A DNA stretch of 64,000 bases from NCBI RefSeq assembly GCF_004010195.1, contig NC_057718.1:52532254-52596253 (forward strand), written 5' to 3'. Of this stretch, positions 26,130 through 39,300 are shown one piece after another. This DNA comes from Chiloscyllium plagiosum (taxonomy: Eukaryota). Within the stretch, counting starts at the first letter, position 1; each line of letters opens with the position of its first letter. The notes beneath the pieces were generated by a model that was not told where the DNA came from, made no database searches, and saw only the letters and a program-made list of their open reading frames with translations. A program made the translations under genes and the position numbers.

Positions 26130-27110
26130 TCCTGAGCAAAGTTTCAATCGTATCCCTCCTCAAAAAACTCACATTCGGCCCCTTTATCCTTGCAATCTGA
26201 TAAAGCTCCCTTTTTTTCTTCACCAATCTGAGTTTGCCTCTTAATCACACTTTCCCCACCCTCCATGCCCCCATCTTCCATTTTCCCCCCAAACTCCTGC
26301 TTTTCTTGCCAGGTTTCTTTCACTGTCACAGCAACTGCAGATACCCCCATCAAGTTACAAATTATGTACTCTTTGAAGAGAGCAGCAGAGCTCTAATTAG
26401 ATTAGATTAATTACAGTGTGGAAACAGGCCCTTCGGCCCAACAAGTCCACACCGACCCGCCGAAGCATAACCCACCAGACCCATTACCCCTACACCTAAC
26501 ACTACGGGCAATTTAGCATGGCCAATTTGCCTAACCTGCACATTTTTTGGATTGTGGGAGGAAACCGGAGCACTGGAGGAAACCCACGCAGACACGGGGA
26601 GAATGTGCAAACTCCACACAGTCAGTCGCCTGAGGCGAGAATTGAACCCGGGTCTCAGGCACTGTGAGGCAACAGTGCTAACCACTGTGCCACCGTGCCG
26701 CCCACTAATCCTCCTCACCCTTATCAAACTTGCTGCTGCTTTGGACACTTGTCCACAGCATTCTTCCCTAACACCTCTGTTGGAAGGACTGCCATTCTGG
26801 TTTCATTTTCACTTATTCAAACAGCCAGAAAACGTAACACAGTAAGTTCTCTTCCTCTCCCAGTAGCTACTTCTCAGGTCCCCCAATATTTATCCTTGGC
26901 CCCTCTTATTTTCCAATCGTAGGTGTGTCTTGGTGATGTCATTCAAAAACAGGATTTTAGGTTGCACATGATTGTCGATAGCATCCTTTTTTTTTAACCT
27001 CACCACCATCTCTCTCAATACTGCCACTGCTTCTATGCTATCCAATGGTTGCTTCCTGAAGTTGCTCACTGAAAATTCCAAATCTTGGACCTCCTTTCAT
27101 GGTCACAGTA
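26130..27110 (+). mobile_element. Decayed L2-type LINE RT fragment, split by a SINE
   Basis: Remnants of PLLKK..L.P..L (26150-26210), LLxLxAAxDT.HS.L (26708-26765) and VPQ..LGPLLF (26875-26915). Confidence 0.6.
26395..26703 (-). mobile_element. tRNA-derived SINE (HE1-like), young CpG-retaining copy
   Basis: Full length with a (GATTA)n tail; close to 10462-10757. Confidence 0.92.
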
Positions 27111-27152
27111 ATTATGTGCTTGGTCCAATTGAATTTATGGACAATGGTGATG

Positions 27153-28818
27153 TTAGAATTAGAGTTGGAATTAGAATGTTTTTCATTGTCATGTGTACTC
27201 AAGTACAGAAGTACAGGAGTAAAGTGAAACGTTTACAGTATCATCTGAGATACAAAGTACCTAGGTACAGATCTTAGATACAAGATATAGAAATAAAGGA
27301 AAAAAAAAGGAAAAACAGTGACATGACTTATGGTTGTTCATAGAATAAGTTAGAAAACTGAGAATAAAGTTAAAAAGATAAGCATTACAGTCTTACAGCA
27401 GGTCAGCGCAGGTACCTTCCAGACATGGCCTGCCCAGGCTCACAAGCCACTGATGCCCACACCAGAGCAGACTAACGAGCATTCCCCTTTACTCAGGCAT
27501 CCTGCCCACTGGCCATCCCCGCTCCACTTGGGCCTCTAGCCCGCTGCCATTCCTGCTCCTCTCAGGCCTCCAGCCCGTGGCCACCCATGCTCGTCTCGGG
27601 CCTCCAACCGCGACCATCCCTGCTCCACTTGGGCCTCCAACCTGCGGCCATTCCCGCTCCACTTGGGCCTCGAGCCAATGACTATCCCCGCTCCACTTGG
27701 GCCTCCAGCCGTGACCATCCCCGCTCCACTTGGGCCTCTAACTTCTGGCCATCCCTGCTCCTCTCAGGCCTCCAGCCCATGGCCACCCCTGCTCCTCTCG
27801 GGCCTCCAGCCAATAACCATCCCCGCCCCACTTGGGTCTCCAGCCCACAGCCATCCCCATTCCATGTGAGGCTTCAGCCTGCAGCCACCCCCATTCTGAG
27901 TGAGGCTCCAGCCCGCAGCCAACCCTGCTCCACTTGGGTCTGCAGCCCACGGCCATCCCTGCTCCCTGCTCTGTGTGAGGCTCCAGCCTGCAACCAACCC
28001 TGCTCCACTCGGGGCTCCAGCCACAGCCATGCCAACTCCACTCGGGCCTCCAGTCCGCGGTCTTCCCCAATCCACTTGGGCCTCCAGCCCACGGCCATCC
28101 TGACTCCGTTCGGGCCTCCAGCCTGCAACCATCCCTGCTCCAGTCAGGCCTCCAGCCCATGGCCATCCCTGCTCCACTCGGTCCTCCAGTTCATGGACAT
28201 CCTTGCTCCATGTGAGCCTCCAGCCCGTGGCCATCTCTACTCCACTCGGGCCTCCAGCCTGTAGCCATCCCCGCTCCGCTTGGGCCTCCAGCCCATGGCC
28301 ATCCCTGCTCCACTCGGGCCTCCAGTCCATGGACATTCTTGCTCCATGTGAGCCTCCAGCCCGTGGCCATCTCTACTCCACTCAGGCCTCCAGCTTGCAG
28401 CCATCCCTACTCTGTTCATGCCTCCAGCCCACAGCCATCCCCGCTCCAATCGGACCTCCAGCCCACAGCCATCCCCATTCCACTTGGGCCTCCAGCCCAC
28501 GGCCATCCCTGCTCAGTGTGAGGCTTCAGCCCACTGGTCGTCCCCACTCCACGCAAGCCTCCAGTAGACTGGCCATTCCCGCACTGTGTGAGCCTCCAGC
28601 TCACTGGTTGTCCCCTCTCTGCTTTGGCCTCCAGTCCACTAGCTGTCCCTGATCCACATAAGGCTCCAGTCCACTCTGCTCCATGCCTCCAGCCCACTCT
28701 ACCTCAGGAGAGAAGACCAAGATGAGAAGAAGGGGGAAGAAAAGAAAATTGGGAAATAAACAGTAGGAGTGGAGGAGTTTGAGTGGAGCATCCTACTCTG
28801 TCATCATCTTGACTGGAA
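27153..28818 (-). mobile_element. Putative non-autonomous composite retroelement (head, VNTR, LINE-like 3' end with TTCTAA-type tail)
   Basis: Short-repeat tail ttagaattagagttggaattagaa at 27153-27176, minus-strand head ttccagtcaagatgatgacagagtagg, and an imperfect flanking repeat aatggtgatgtt / aatgagatgtt. Confidence 0.45.
27500..28700. repeat. GC-rich minisatellite, 34-bp unit, roughly 35 diverged copies
   Basis: Consensus close to GGCCATCCCTGCTCCACTTGGGCCTCCAGCCCAC; a 4-unit (136-bp) higher-order repeat is visible at 28161 and 28297. Confidence 0.95.
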
Positions 28819-28859
28819 AATGAGATGTTGACATTTGAAGAATTCAGCGATAGTAAAGC

Positions 28860-30760
28860 AACAGAATGTCAAGCTGAGAGATTTGTTTCTTTCATGGTGC
28901 AGATCGCCTTTGCCTGGCACTTGTGTTGCTTATTACCCTAAATCTGATTATTGTCCAAGTTATATTGCAGACAGACATGGAACGCTTCAGTATCTGATGA
29001 ATTATGATGGAACTGAATACTGTTGAATCTTCAGTGAATATACTTAATTCTGACCTTATGGCAGAAGGAAGATCATTGATGAAGCAGTTTAAGATTGTTG
29101 GGCATAGGACAGTATTTTGAGGAGCACGTACAGGAGTGTCCAGAGCTGGGATGATCAGCTTCCAACAATTACAATCGTATTATTTTTTGAAAGATCTGAC
29201 ACCTACCAGTGGAGAGTTTTCTCCCTTATTCCCATTAACTTCAGCTTTATTAAGTCTACTGAATGCGACTCTGAATGAAATGCTGCTTTGATGTCAAGGG
29301 TAGTCACTCTCACCTCACCTTTGAAATGTAATTCTTTGGTTAACATTTGAGAATTGGAATCCAGTGGTCCTTATAAATTGAACATTGATGATCAAATTAT
29401 TGCTATGTAAGTATGACTTGATAAGACTGTTGACAACACTTTCCATTACTTTGCTGTGAAGACTGCAGTGATAATGATCAAAATAATGTTATAGGAGTTA
29501 GGATGTTATAGGAGTTAGGTGTGCAAGACATTGGTGAGGCCAGTTTTGAAATACTACATACAATTCTGGTTGCGTTTTTATTGCAAATATGTTGTTAAAC
29601 TTGAGAAGGTGCAGAAAAGATTCACAAGAATGTTGCCAGGACTGGAGGGTTTGAGTTATGGGGAGAGGCTGAATACGCTGGGGCTGTTTTCCCTGGAAAG
29701 TTGGAGGCTGAGGGGTGACCTAATAGAAGGTTATAAAATCATGAGGGGCATGGGTTGGGTATATAGACAAGATCTTTTTCCTAGGTGGGGGGAATCCAGA
29801 GCTAGAGGGTATAGATTTAAGATGAGAGAGAAAATATTTTAAAAGGACCTGAGGGGCAACATTTTTCATGCAGAAGTTGCTGCATGTATGGAACAAGCTG
29901 CCAAAGGAAGTAGTGAAGGCTAGTACAAATACAACATTTAAACGGTATCTGGATGGGCATATAAATAGGAAGGGTTGAGAGGGATATGGGCTAAATGCTA
30001 GCAAATGGGATTAGATCAGATTGAAATGTCTGGTCCAACAGACTAGTTGGACCGAAGGGTCTGTTTCTGTGCTGTATGACTCTATGATTTTAGGATCCTA
30101 CGTCTGGTTGATCGGACCTACCTGAACAATCTTCCACATTGTTGGACATAAGCAAATGTTGCAGATAGACATGGAATAACTGCACAACATTAATCCATTC
30201 AACTGAATACAATTCTACTACTGTTTATGTCGCCCAGGATGTCAAGGAACCCCGGTTTTGAGCTGCTAGATCTGTTCCAAATCTATCCCATTTCATACTT
30301 TGATAGCAACACACATTGGGTGCCTAATGTAAAAATGGGACTGTTGCCACAAGGACGATGTGGTAGCCGATGGTCTCATGGACAGATGCATCTGTGAGAG
30401 GCAGATTGGTGAAGACAACTTCAAACTGGCTTTTCCCTCATATCGGTGCTCTCAGCTCCTGCCACAGATTCAGTCTGGCACTTATGTCCTTCAGACCATG
30501 CCCAAATTGGCATGGTTTTACCAAGTCACTCTCTGTGATGACTTTGCAGATCCCATCTATATAAAGTACACTTTGTGACCTTGCCACAGCCAGTGCATCC
30601 TTGTAGTGGTGTTCAACAATGGAGCAAAACAGTAGGTTGTAATCAGCAGTATTCCTTGCCCATGTTTGAGCAGATGCCGTGAGACTTTGTGGACTCTGAG
30701 TCAGTGTTTGAGAGCTTTTAAAGTCACCCATCTGTTCCTGCGATTAATGATTCAACATCA
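28860..30760 (-). mobile_element. Old CR1-clade LINE fragment interrupted by a younger CR1
   Basis: ttctgaccttatgg...tcattgatgaagcag matches 9207-9250; the sequence resumes after 30095. Confidence 0.65.
29490..30090 (+). mobile_element. CR1 3' fragment
   Basis: KTLVRPVLKYYIQFW...LEKVQKRFTRMLPGLEGLSYGERL...RLRGDLIE; ends in tatgactctatga. Confidence 0.92.
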
Positions 30761-32288
30761 CTCTGGCTCCACTGTTCTACGTCCTCCCTCATTTAGAACT
30801 GAGCTGTTTGTGGTTCACAAAGTTGGCTCTGACTGCACTCTTCCAAGCAACTAACATCTAAAATGAAAAACAATTTGTGAGCGGGCCCTCAGGGGACTCC
30901 TGCAGTACCTGTCTGGTTCTGTCAGACTTTCTGGCAATCATTATCTTTTTGCTTCCCTACTCCTCGCTCGCAGTGTCACTGTCTCGCTGAATGTGTTATC
31001 TACTTAGCTCTTGGCCTCATACTTGGGCCAAGGTGACACAAATCACCCTTAAGTTTGAAAACCAGATTTCAAATTTCTTCAGTTGGTGCCATTTCCTGCA
31101 CATTTGATTATCTGGGTCACCAAGAGCATCCACAATTTCTAATGTACAGGACATGCATTTCGCTTGATTGAACTGGCCTGCCATGCCCTCACTTTATCTT
31201 CTTAGATTAAATTTATCTTACTTTGGTTTACTTGGACTTCACTGAATAAACCTTAAAACTATTGATTAAACTTTGTTGTGACAATAAATCCGCTAATACA
31301 TGGGCCTTACAACATTTCTCATCAACCAATCAACCCTCGAAGCTTTGGCTCTCTTTATGTGGCTTCTTACATATTAATATATTGTCTGTCACATCACAGT
31401 TTTAAAAGAATTGCTGAATCTGACTGCATCACAGACACCAAACTTTGCTCTTAATAAGGTCCTTCGAAAAAGTTTCACTAATAAAAACCTCTGAGGTAAA
31501 ATCTTCATTCTATAAATCCACAGTGACTCCATGTTACAATACACGACTGGGAGTGTGTTTCTGAAGTACAGGAACCCCAACTGGCTGTAGAACCAATGGA
31601 AACCTTGTGCCATTTCTGTGTGGCTGGCCCAATGCAATTTCAATGCTGTCATCTACTTAACTCACCAGCATTAGATCTCCCACATGATTTAGGACACTGG
31701 AGACAGGGATCATGCATCTCATGAAAACTGCTAGCCAATGCCAATGAGATCAGTGGCTGTTAGCTATACAGCAAACCCCCGCTTAAAGTTGTGCTTCTGA
31801 AAACTGCAACTTTAAGAGAGACAATTTTATGCAAATCACAACTTCCTATTCAAACAAATTTGAAAGTGTCGTTCAACTCTGTCAGACCTTCCTCATCAGA
31901 AAAAAACAGTTTAAAACATTATATTTTTTTAAACTGAAATACTTTATATCATTAAACTCCTATATTGGTAAATTAAATTATGTCAAATACAAAATTAACT
32001 TATAAATATAAAAGAAATAAATTTACTTTCCACTTAGGTCCTTCTCACTGCCTGTACATCTCATGACTGATCTTGCTCGCTCCATATCTCACCAGAGGGT
32101 AAGCAGCAAGACGGAGGATGATGTAATAGCAGAAACCATTAATCAGAAGGCTGCAAGGAGGCTAAGGATCAGGGAGTAGCAGAGGCCACTCCAGATTGTA
32201 CTGATGGATGTCATGACCCTGTGTCAAACTTGGTGGAATATAACCTTAAAATAAAACAGGCCAACATTAACTGACCAACATTAAAGTG

Positions 32289-33300
32289 AAAAATCACACA
32301 ACACCAGGTTATAGTCCAACAGGTTTAATTGGAAGCACACTAGTTTTCGGAGCGACACTCCTTCATCAGGTGATAGTGGAGGGCTCGATCGTAACACAGA
32401 ATTTATAGCAAAAATTTACAAGTGTGATGTAATTGAAATTATACATTGAAAAATTGATTGTCTGTTAAGCCTTTCATCTGTTAGAATACAGGGATAGTTA
32501 CACTTCTTTCATGTGTAACCTTTTTTTAAAATGTTGTATTCTCGGGTTAGCTGTTAACAATGGTGATAGCTAGACAATATGTTGAAGGTGTTAGCCCCCT
32601 GTGTTCTCTGTCTATGACCTGATGTTTAGATTGATTCTAATCTAAAAAGTGACCTTGGGTCAACCGGGAGCTTGGGTTCATGTCACATTACAGGTGATCA
32701 CTACTGCACTACACACACACACACACACACACTCTCACGTACACACGGACACAGTTACACACAGATGCGCACACAGACACCCACACACACCCTTATAGAC
32801 ACACACACTCCCACACGCACCCCCTCACAGACTTAAGAAACAATGGTGAGAGCTAGACAATATGTTGAAGAGCTATAACTATTGTTAACAGCTAACCCGA
32901 GCCGAGAATGCAACTTTAAAGAAAAGGTTTTGTGATTTACACATGAAAGAAGTGAAACTATCACTGTATTCTAACAGATGAAAGGCTTAACAGACAATCA
33001 ATTTTTCAATGTATAATTTCAGTTACATCACACTGTAAATTTTTGCTATCAAGCCTGCCACTATCACCTGATGAAGAAGCGTCGCTCCGAAAACTAGTGT
33101 GCTTCCAATTAAACTTGTTGGACTATAATCTGGTGTTGTGTGATTTTTCACTTTAATGTTGGTCAGTTAATCAGGCCTGTTTCATTTTAAGGTTATATTC
33201 CACCAAGTTTGACACAGGGTCATGACATCCATCAGTACAATCTGGAGTGTGATTTTTAACTTTGTACACCCCAGTCCAACACCGGCATCTCCAAATCATG
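32289..33300. mobile_element. Rearranged inverted Penelope family A insertion with 12-bp TSD
   Basis: Minus-orientation terminus (32289-32650), plus-orientation ORF end (NRELGFMSHYR*) with (CA)n, then a plus terminus. aacattaaagtg at 32277-32288 and 33301-33312. Confidence 0.88.
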
Positions 33301-36300
33301 AACATTAAAGTGGACAAGTTAAACCAGACTAAGTCCAGATTAACTGGAATGGTCCCAAGCACATTCTGATGTTCTTCTTTGGATCTAAGGATGCAGCAGT
33401 AGGGGCAGTCAGAGAAAAGGGCAGAGAGTGGTTTGCAGTGTCACCTCCCACCAACATTTCAATCACAGTTTCCTCAATTAGGTCAGAGCACTGGTTAGCG
33501 AGGAATCTCTACCAAGTGTTAAGCTGCTGACTGAGGTTAATTGATAAACGATAATATAAATATGAAAGTGTAATAGGTAGCACACAGAGGTTTGGTATGA
33601 TGTGAGCTGTATGGATGTTCAGTCAATAACTCTATCATAAGGAAAAGGCATCTTGAACTCTGATTGACCAGTTGGTTGAAATCCTACTCAACAGAACCTG
33701 ATCCTCACTAGGTGGCAGGCATAGCCATGGGAGAAATGTGTCAGTCCAATTAAATCTCTCAGATGCCTTTGAGTTCTGGTGGGTTCAGGCATAACTGGTA
33801 ACAAAGCCTCATTAATGAACCTTCATTACTGCTTCAAGCCTTTCCCATTCCCAACATAACTTGTTACGCTTTCCAAATGGGAAATGGTGCAGGTACGTCT
33901 ACCTTGATTCTCCCTGTAACATCCCAACATTCCTGCCCTATTATCACACCTATTCTGGATGGTTCAATTGGATTCTGCCACAAATACTCTCTCAGTGAAT
34001 CAATATTGCTGCATCAAGATTCCTTCCATGAGTCAACCTAAAAGAGAGGTTGATTTGTTGACATAATAATCCCCATATCACCCATTTGGTCATTTAGCTT
34101 TTTTTCCCCAAAGCTCAGGCATTATTCCTGATTCTAATGATCCCTGAAGGTGAATAGGGGGAGCATAACTGTTATTACTTGCCACATTTTTAACAGTTCT
34201 GTGGTGAAGTGTATTCAAGCCTGATGCATTATTGTCCTTCAATTTCTGCAGACTATCAGTGAATTAATTGTCTGAAATATATTCTTGTTTAATATTTTGG
34301 GAATATGGTCAGTGTGGACTTGTTAGGCCAAGGGGTTTGTTTCTGTACAATATGACTTTATGGCTCTATTTCATCTCATTCTTCCTGTCATTTCAATTTC
34401 AGTTTGAGGAGGTTGCCTGTAGCCTATTCATTAAATACTCACAACACTTCAATGAGTACATTTGTGATCTTTTGGTTGACATCTTACTTCTGCATGAGTA
34501 ACAGTACAAAAGATTAACTAATAGACTTACCTAATATATCACATTTGTCTATTTCATATGTTCTACAAAGTATTTACCAGGGTCACGCATTATAGTAGCT
34601 GTTATGTCAATTCTTTTTCTGACACATACAGTCCAAAAACATATTTATAAGACAATAAAACTTGTGTGAAGATTTACATTATCCTCTGTCAAAGGTTCGT
34701 CTTACAAGTGATTCCAATGTTAATAGTCGCATTTATAATTTCATTTATGAAGTCAAAACATTTCTTTTTATTTTCTTGGTGAAGACAACTCTGCTGAGAG
34801 ATGTACTACATTAAAACACCAGCATTTTTCCTGAATAACAATGGAATTTCATTGAATGTCTCCGTAAATGCATCTGACTGCTGTGGTATTATTACAAGAT
34901 ACATCTGAAAACAAAATCATTTCACATGAATTGGAACAATTTTATCATGTTACACATCAGAAGTTATTATTTTCCTTATGCACACATAATCTACAATTTC
35001 ACTAAAATCATGCTCTTCAACCTTTCTATCATTTGTAGCATTATTTTGATTTATGGCATATTTTCAATATAACCATACTACCAAGTACCTGAGAAAGATA
35101 AACGATTCAACAAGTTATTAAATGGTTGAACTTTTTTTATATTTAAAGGAGCCAAAGATATGAAAGGGAATAATTCATAACACACCAAATTTGGATGGCA
35201 TTGCTGCAAACCAGTGTTTGCATTGGTAGTTAATAGTATTTAAATTTTGGAATATATTTTTACTGCCCTATAATGTCATTTATTTATGTCACTGTTATAT
35301 ATTTGAATACAAAAGGGGAATATTTGTTCATTTCAAACATTCATGTCACATCATAGGTCATATGGCTATACGCTTACTTGATCCAGGAAACAAATATTCA
35401 CAATACAACCATTTCTAACTGCAAAGTCAGAATAATCACTTGAAAATGTTATTATGTCACGATAAACGATATAACCGATTCTGTTTTTTCAGAGCCATGA
35501 TCACAGCTAAACAAGAAAATAAATAATTTTGTTCAATTGAGAATTTTAAAACAAAATCCAAAAGAAAGTAACATTGTGAAAATGCCAATAAAACCATATT
35601 GTCACAGCTTAGTCTGACTCATATGATGATTTATTTGTCTTTCAATTTCCAAGTGTTTTCTATTGTCATGTATAAATAACACTCCTCTGCAACATTACTA
35701 AATGACTCATATCATCCAAGGTTTTCTGAAACCTCCAGTTGTGTCAAGGTCTCTACATGCTACATCTAACCATTTAATCAGATTTTCTAATAGGCAGAAT
35801 ATCCAGTAAATGCAGAATGATAAGCAACTATTGTCCATTACAGTCAACATTTCTAGTGAATCCTTTGTCAAACCAAAATATGTAACTGAGACTTTCACAG
35901 TATCTGACTGAAGACTTGAGTTTGTAACTAAATAAAACATCAAAATTTGCTTACTTATTCCAAGTTTTATATTTCTGAAATATTTTAATTTTCTTTCAAA
36001 AGGTATTTCCTTCTCTTTTGATGAATATAAGTCATTCTTTTTTTTCCATAACCAGTTCCACACTTTAGGGAATCATGAAACAGCACATCCTCTCGGTGTT
36101 AAACTGTTAATCGCACTTCTGTACACCCCCATTTGCAATTTGCTCTACAACCAACAAATCAGTTATGCATTAAATTTCTACTTCATCTCGCCTCACAATT
36201 ACATCTGCCAAACATGACACAAAGATAATAGTTACTAAGATCAGCCCAGTCATGAGAAATGATTAAAGGTTAAACTCATTAATATATATTTCCTATATCA

Positions 36301-39300
36301 TAATACTAAATAAAAAATGGAGGAGAATCATGGGGCAAATAATCAATAACTAAGCTCCTGTATTCATCACACACAAAATTAAAAATTAATTGGCATTCTT
36401 CCTTTCAATTAACAATCAGCACAAGCATTACAGGGAAGTTAGAACCAGTGCAGAAAATACAATCCAAGGAAGCCAAATAAATATGGTTTTCAAATTCATC
36501 CCATAATTAGATGCACAATCTATACGAATTGTCAATAGAGGCAAAAAATGGCAAATTGAATCTTACCCTTAGGTGAGTGGGCTATTGTCCTCAAAATAAT
36601 CCTATAGTCCACATTGTAACCAATAAAGTTTTGCCAAGCTAAGTAAAATAATACACAGGCAACAACAAGCAGCTAACTGCTTGACACAATGCACCTAATA
36701 AATATTTGGATCTTACATTTCAAGCAAGTAATTCAAAACTTTCCCCACAGAGAACCTACAAAACATTAAGGATCCCAAAATTCTTTACAGCAACTCAAGG
36801 CAAAGGTTAATCCAACCATGATTATATTAACATAAGGAATATTTGCTACCCAGTTATGAACTTATTTTCCTCATAAATGCAAATGTGAGCACATGGGCAT
36901 ACCATAAGTATCAAAAACCTTTGCTTCCAAAATACTTTGCTGCATGACAGGAATCTGTGTACAAAGTAAGACAAATGTTGCATAAAGAAAGATGACTTTT
37001 GGAATAAAAATTCAAATGGGTGAATACTTTTGAAATACCAGATTTCTTTTTAATCTAACATTTATTCACTTCCCTGGCTTCAGGTGTATTCAAAGTCTTG
37101 GGGTGGAATTTTTGACATTTCTAGTTCTAGTTAAAAACAGATATGAGTTTAAAAAAGTGGTACAATCTAAGTAAAAATTGCCAATAGACTATTCTTTCAT
37201 ATTTTGTGCTTTTGAGTGCCTATACAAATAGGAATATATTAATGAAAATCTGCAAAAAGTGCGAATAAAAGTTAATATTCAATTCTTAAAGTAATTAATG
37301 AGAAACTCGCATATGTTCCTCAGAGTGGAAGGAAATTGAAAAAGTGGAACATTTTACTTCAGGGTAAAAGAAATGCCAGTGAACTTGTCAAACAAGATTT
37401 ATTTCTTTCACCAAAATAGTGATGAGAGTGAATTGCAACATAGACAGTGCATCAGTTTATTCTACATTGCTTTTTCTGACATCTACTGTATTTAATAACT
37501 GTGTAAAGCCATGCAACTGCAATTGTATGAGTGCAAATTTATAAAACTGTCCATACTATACTAGCATTACTGTTGTACTCAAGGCTGTTTAGCTTCTGAC
37601 TTTGCTTTTACTGAACTTGTAATTATCTGTTTTCACTTTCCATTAAAATTATCATAGCATCTTCGTCTGAGTTCCATTGCTTTATTTGTTATTGTACTTT
37701 CTAGCATTTTATTCTGCCACCAATAAATTATTTAACTTACAGCTGTATTGCACACATTACTTTGCTGTATTTTTATACAGTCTCGCTCTGCTTGTTATGT
37801 TAGAATCATTGTAACATTGCATTGTAGTTTCCATAATTATTTTCTCTTCGATCTCAGTTTTACATTCCTCAATCTGTATGTCTTTATTGGTCGAATGTCA
37901 TTATACCCCCGATAATACAATGATTAATGTACATCATATTGTTCATTATTTATATTTTTGTTGTATTTGAAAACAATGATTAGATTCTGATTATGAAAGA
38001 AAATATTCCAGACTGATTAATGGGAAACTACAAGAAAAAGTCAAAATTTTCAAAATGTTCGAACTGGTTGGTGGCCTATTTCTAACCATTTTCAGCATGC
38101 GAGTCAGAACTCAGCATGGGAGTCAGAACTAAGCATTAGCAAGACTTGAGGTATTTCACTTTCATTTCAATTTTACTCATATTTATTGCAAAATTCTTCA
38201 AGTTGCAACTCAATGAACAATTCTGAGGCAGGTATAATGGTTAGTTCTATTGTAATTTATTAATTTTAGCAGGAACATGCAATCGACCAATTTTTCAAAA
38301 AATTTCAATCCCTTAGAATCAATGGCAGAATTAAATGAATTTCAAAAACAATTTGAGAAATGTATGTTTCTGTAACACAGAAAGAATATTTTGACATAGC
38401 CACTTTGTTTCTCAGATAAAAACATGTAAGAATTAGGCCATATAATCATATGAAGATTCAAAACTAAAAATGGGCAAAATTATTTTGTGGAAATTATCAT
38501 GACAATCTCTCAAAATGGTATTGGTTTCCTATGTATAATATTAGTGAAGAACTGCAGACAACATATTCAATTAAATAATATATTCAGGCAATATATATTT
38601 ATGAGTGAAAGGTTATTGCCACGATACTTTTCCTTTAATAGAAAGGCAATAGTTGATGGGAAAAATGTGCTTTATGTTGTGTTTTTAGGTTCAGCAACCC
38701 TAATCTTTTTGGTGTTGGAAACTGCATGTGTCATACAATACATTGCACTGCAGAAACGTTCCTTTGTTTTTTGAGAAGATAGTCAATGTGATATTTTCAT
38801 CAAAGAAAACAACAATAACATTATGTATTTTGCACATTCACTAACAATCATTGAAAACTCATTACATTGTGCATCTGGACAAAACGAAAATGCATACAGT
38901 GATTACACTGAAACATTGACCTTTTAGACCTGAGCGCGGCAATATGTGCATCCAAATGCATGGCTTCAGTTTGAAATAGGCAAAATTAGAGACAATCTTT
39001 CATGTCGTTTGCCTTCCTTCATAACACTAAGTAATTACCATAGGCCCATAAAACTACTAGCCATCAAATGAACTGCTGCATGCAAGTGAGAAAAGAGTAC
39101 TTAATAATCCTAAATTTTAGCATTAAAAATAAATCTGTAGGGGGAGTTAGCATGAGTATTAATGAACTCGACCCACAGAAATAAATTATTACACATTGTA
39201 AATTCATCTTCCCCACACATAAAAGGAATGACAGTAGCAGACAAGAAAAGTTAAATGGAGATCTTAATTTGTTAAATCAATTTTGTCAGTGTTTCACTAC

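Noticed and set aside
27500..28700. Many overlapping 60-225 aa ORFs on both strands, and a superficially CRISPR-like periodicity
   Set aside because: They are by-products of a stop-poor 34-bp minisatellite whose unit is not a multiple of 3. There are no unique spacers or cas genes, and the context is eukaryotic.
31767..34200. Possible pogo/Tigger DNA transposon remnant (TA-CAG...ccccgctta end)
   Set aside because: I could not find the matching terminal repeat or a convincing transposase motif.
39039..39075. Candidate exon encoding AVHLMA..., loosely similar to the SS1 LAHLMM peptide
   Set aside because: Acceptor-to-donor length is 37 or 34 nt, which does not preserve frame, and the similarity is too short.
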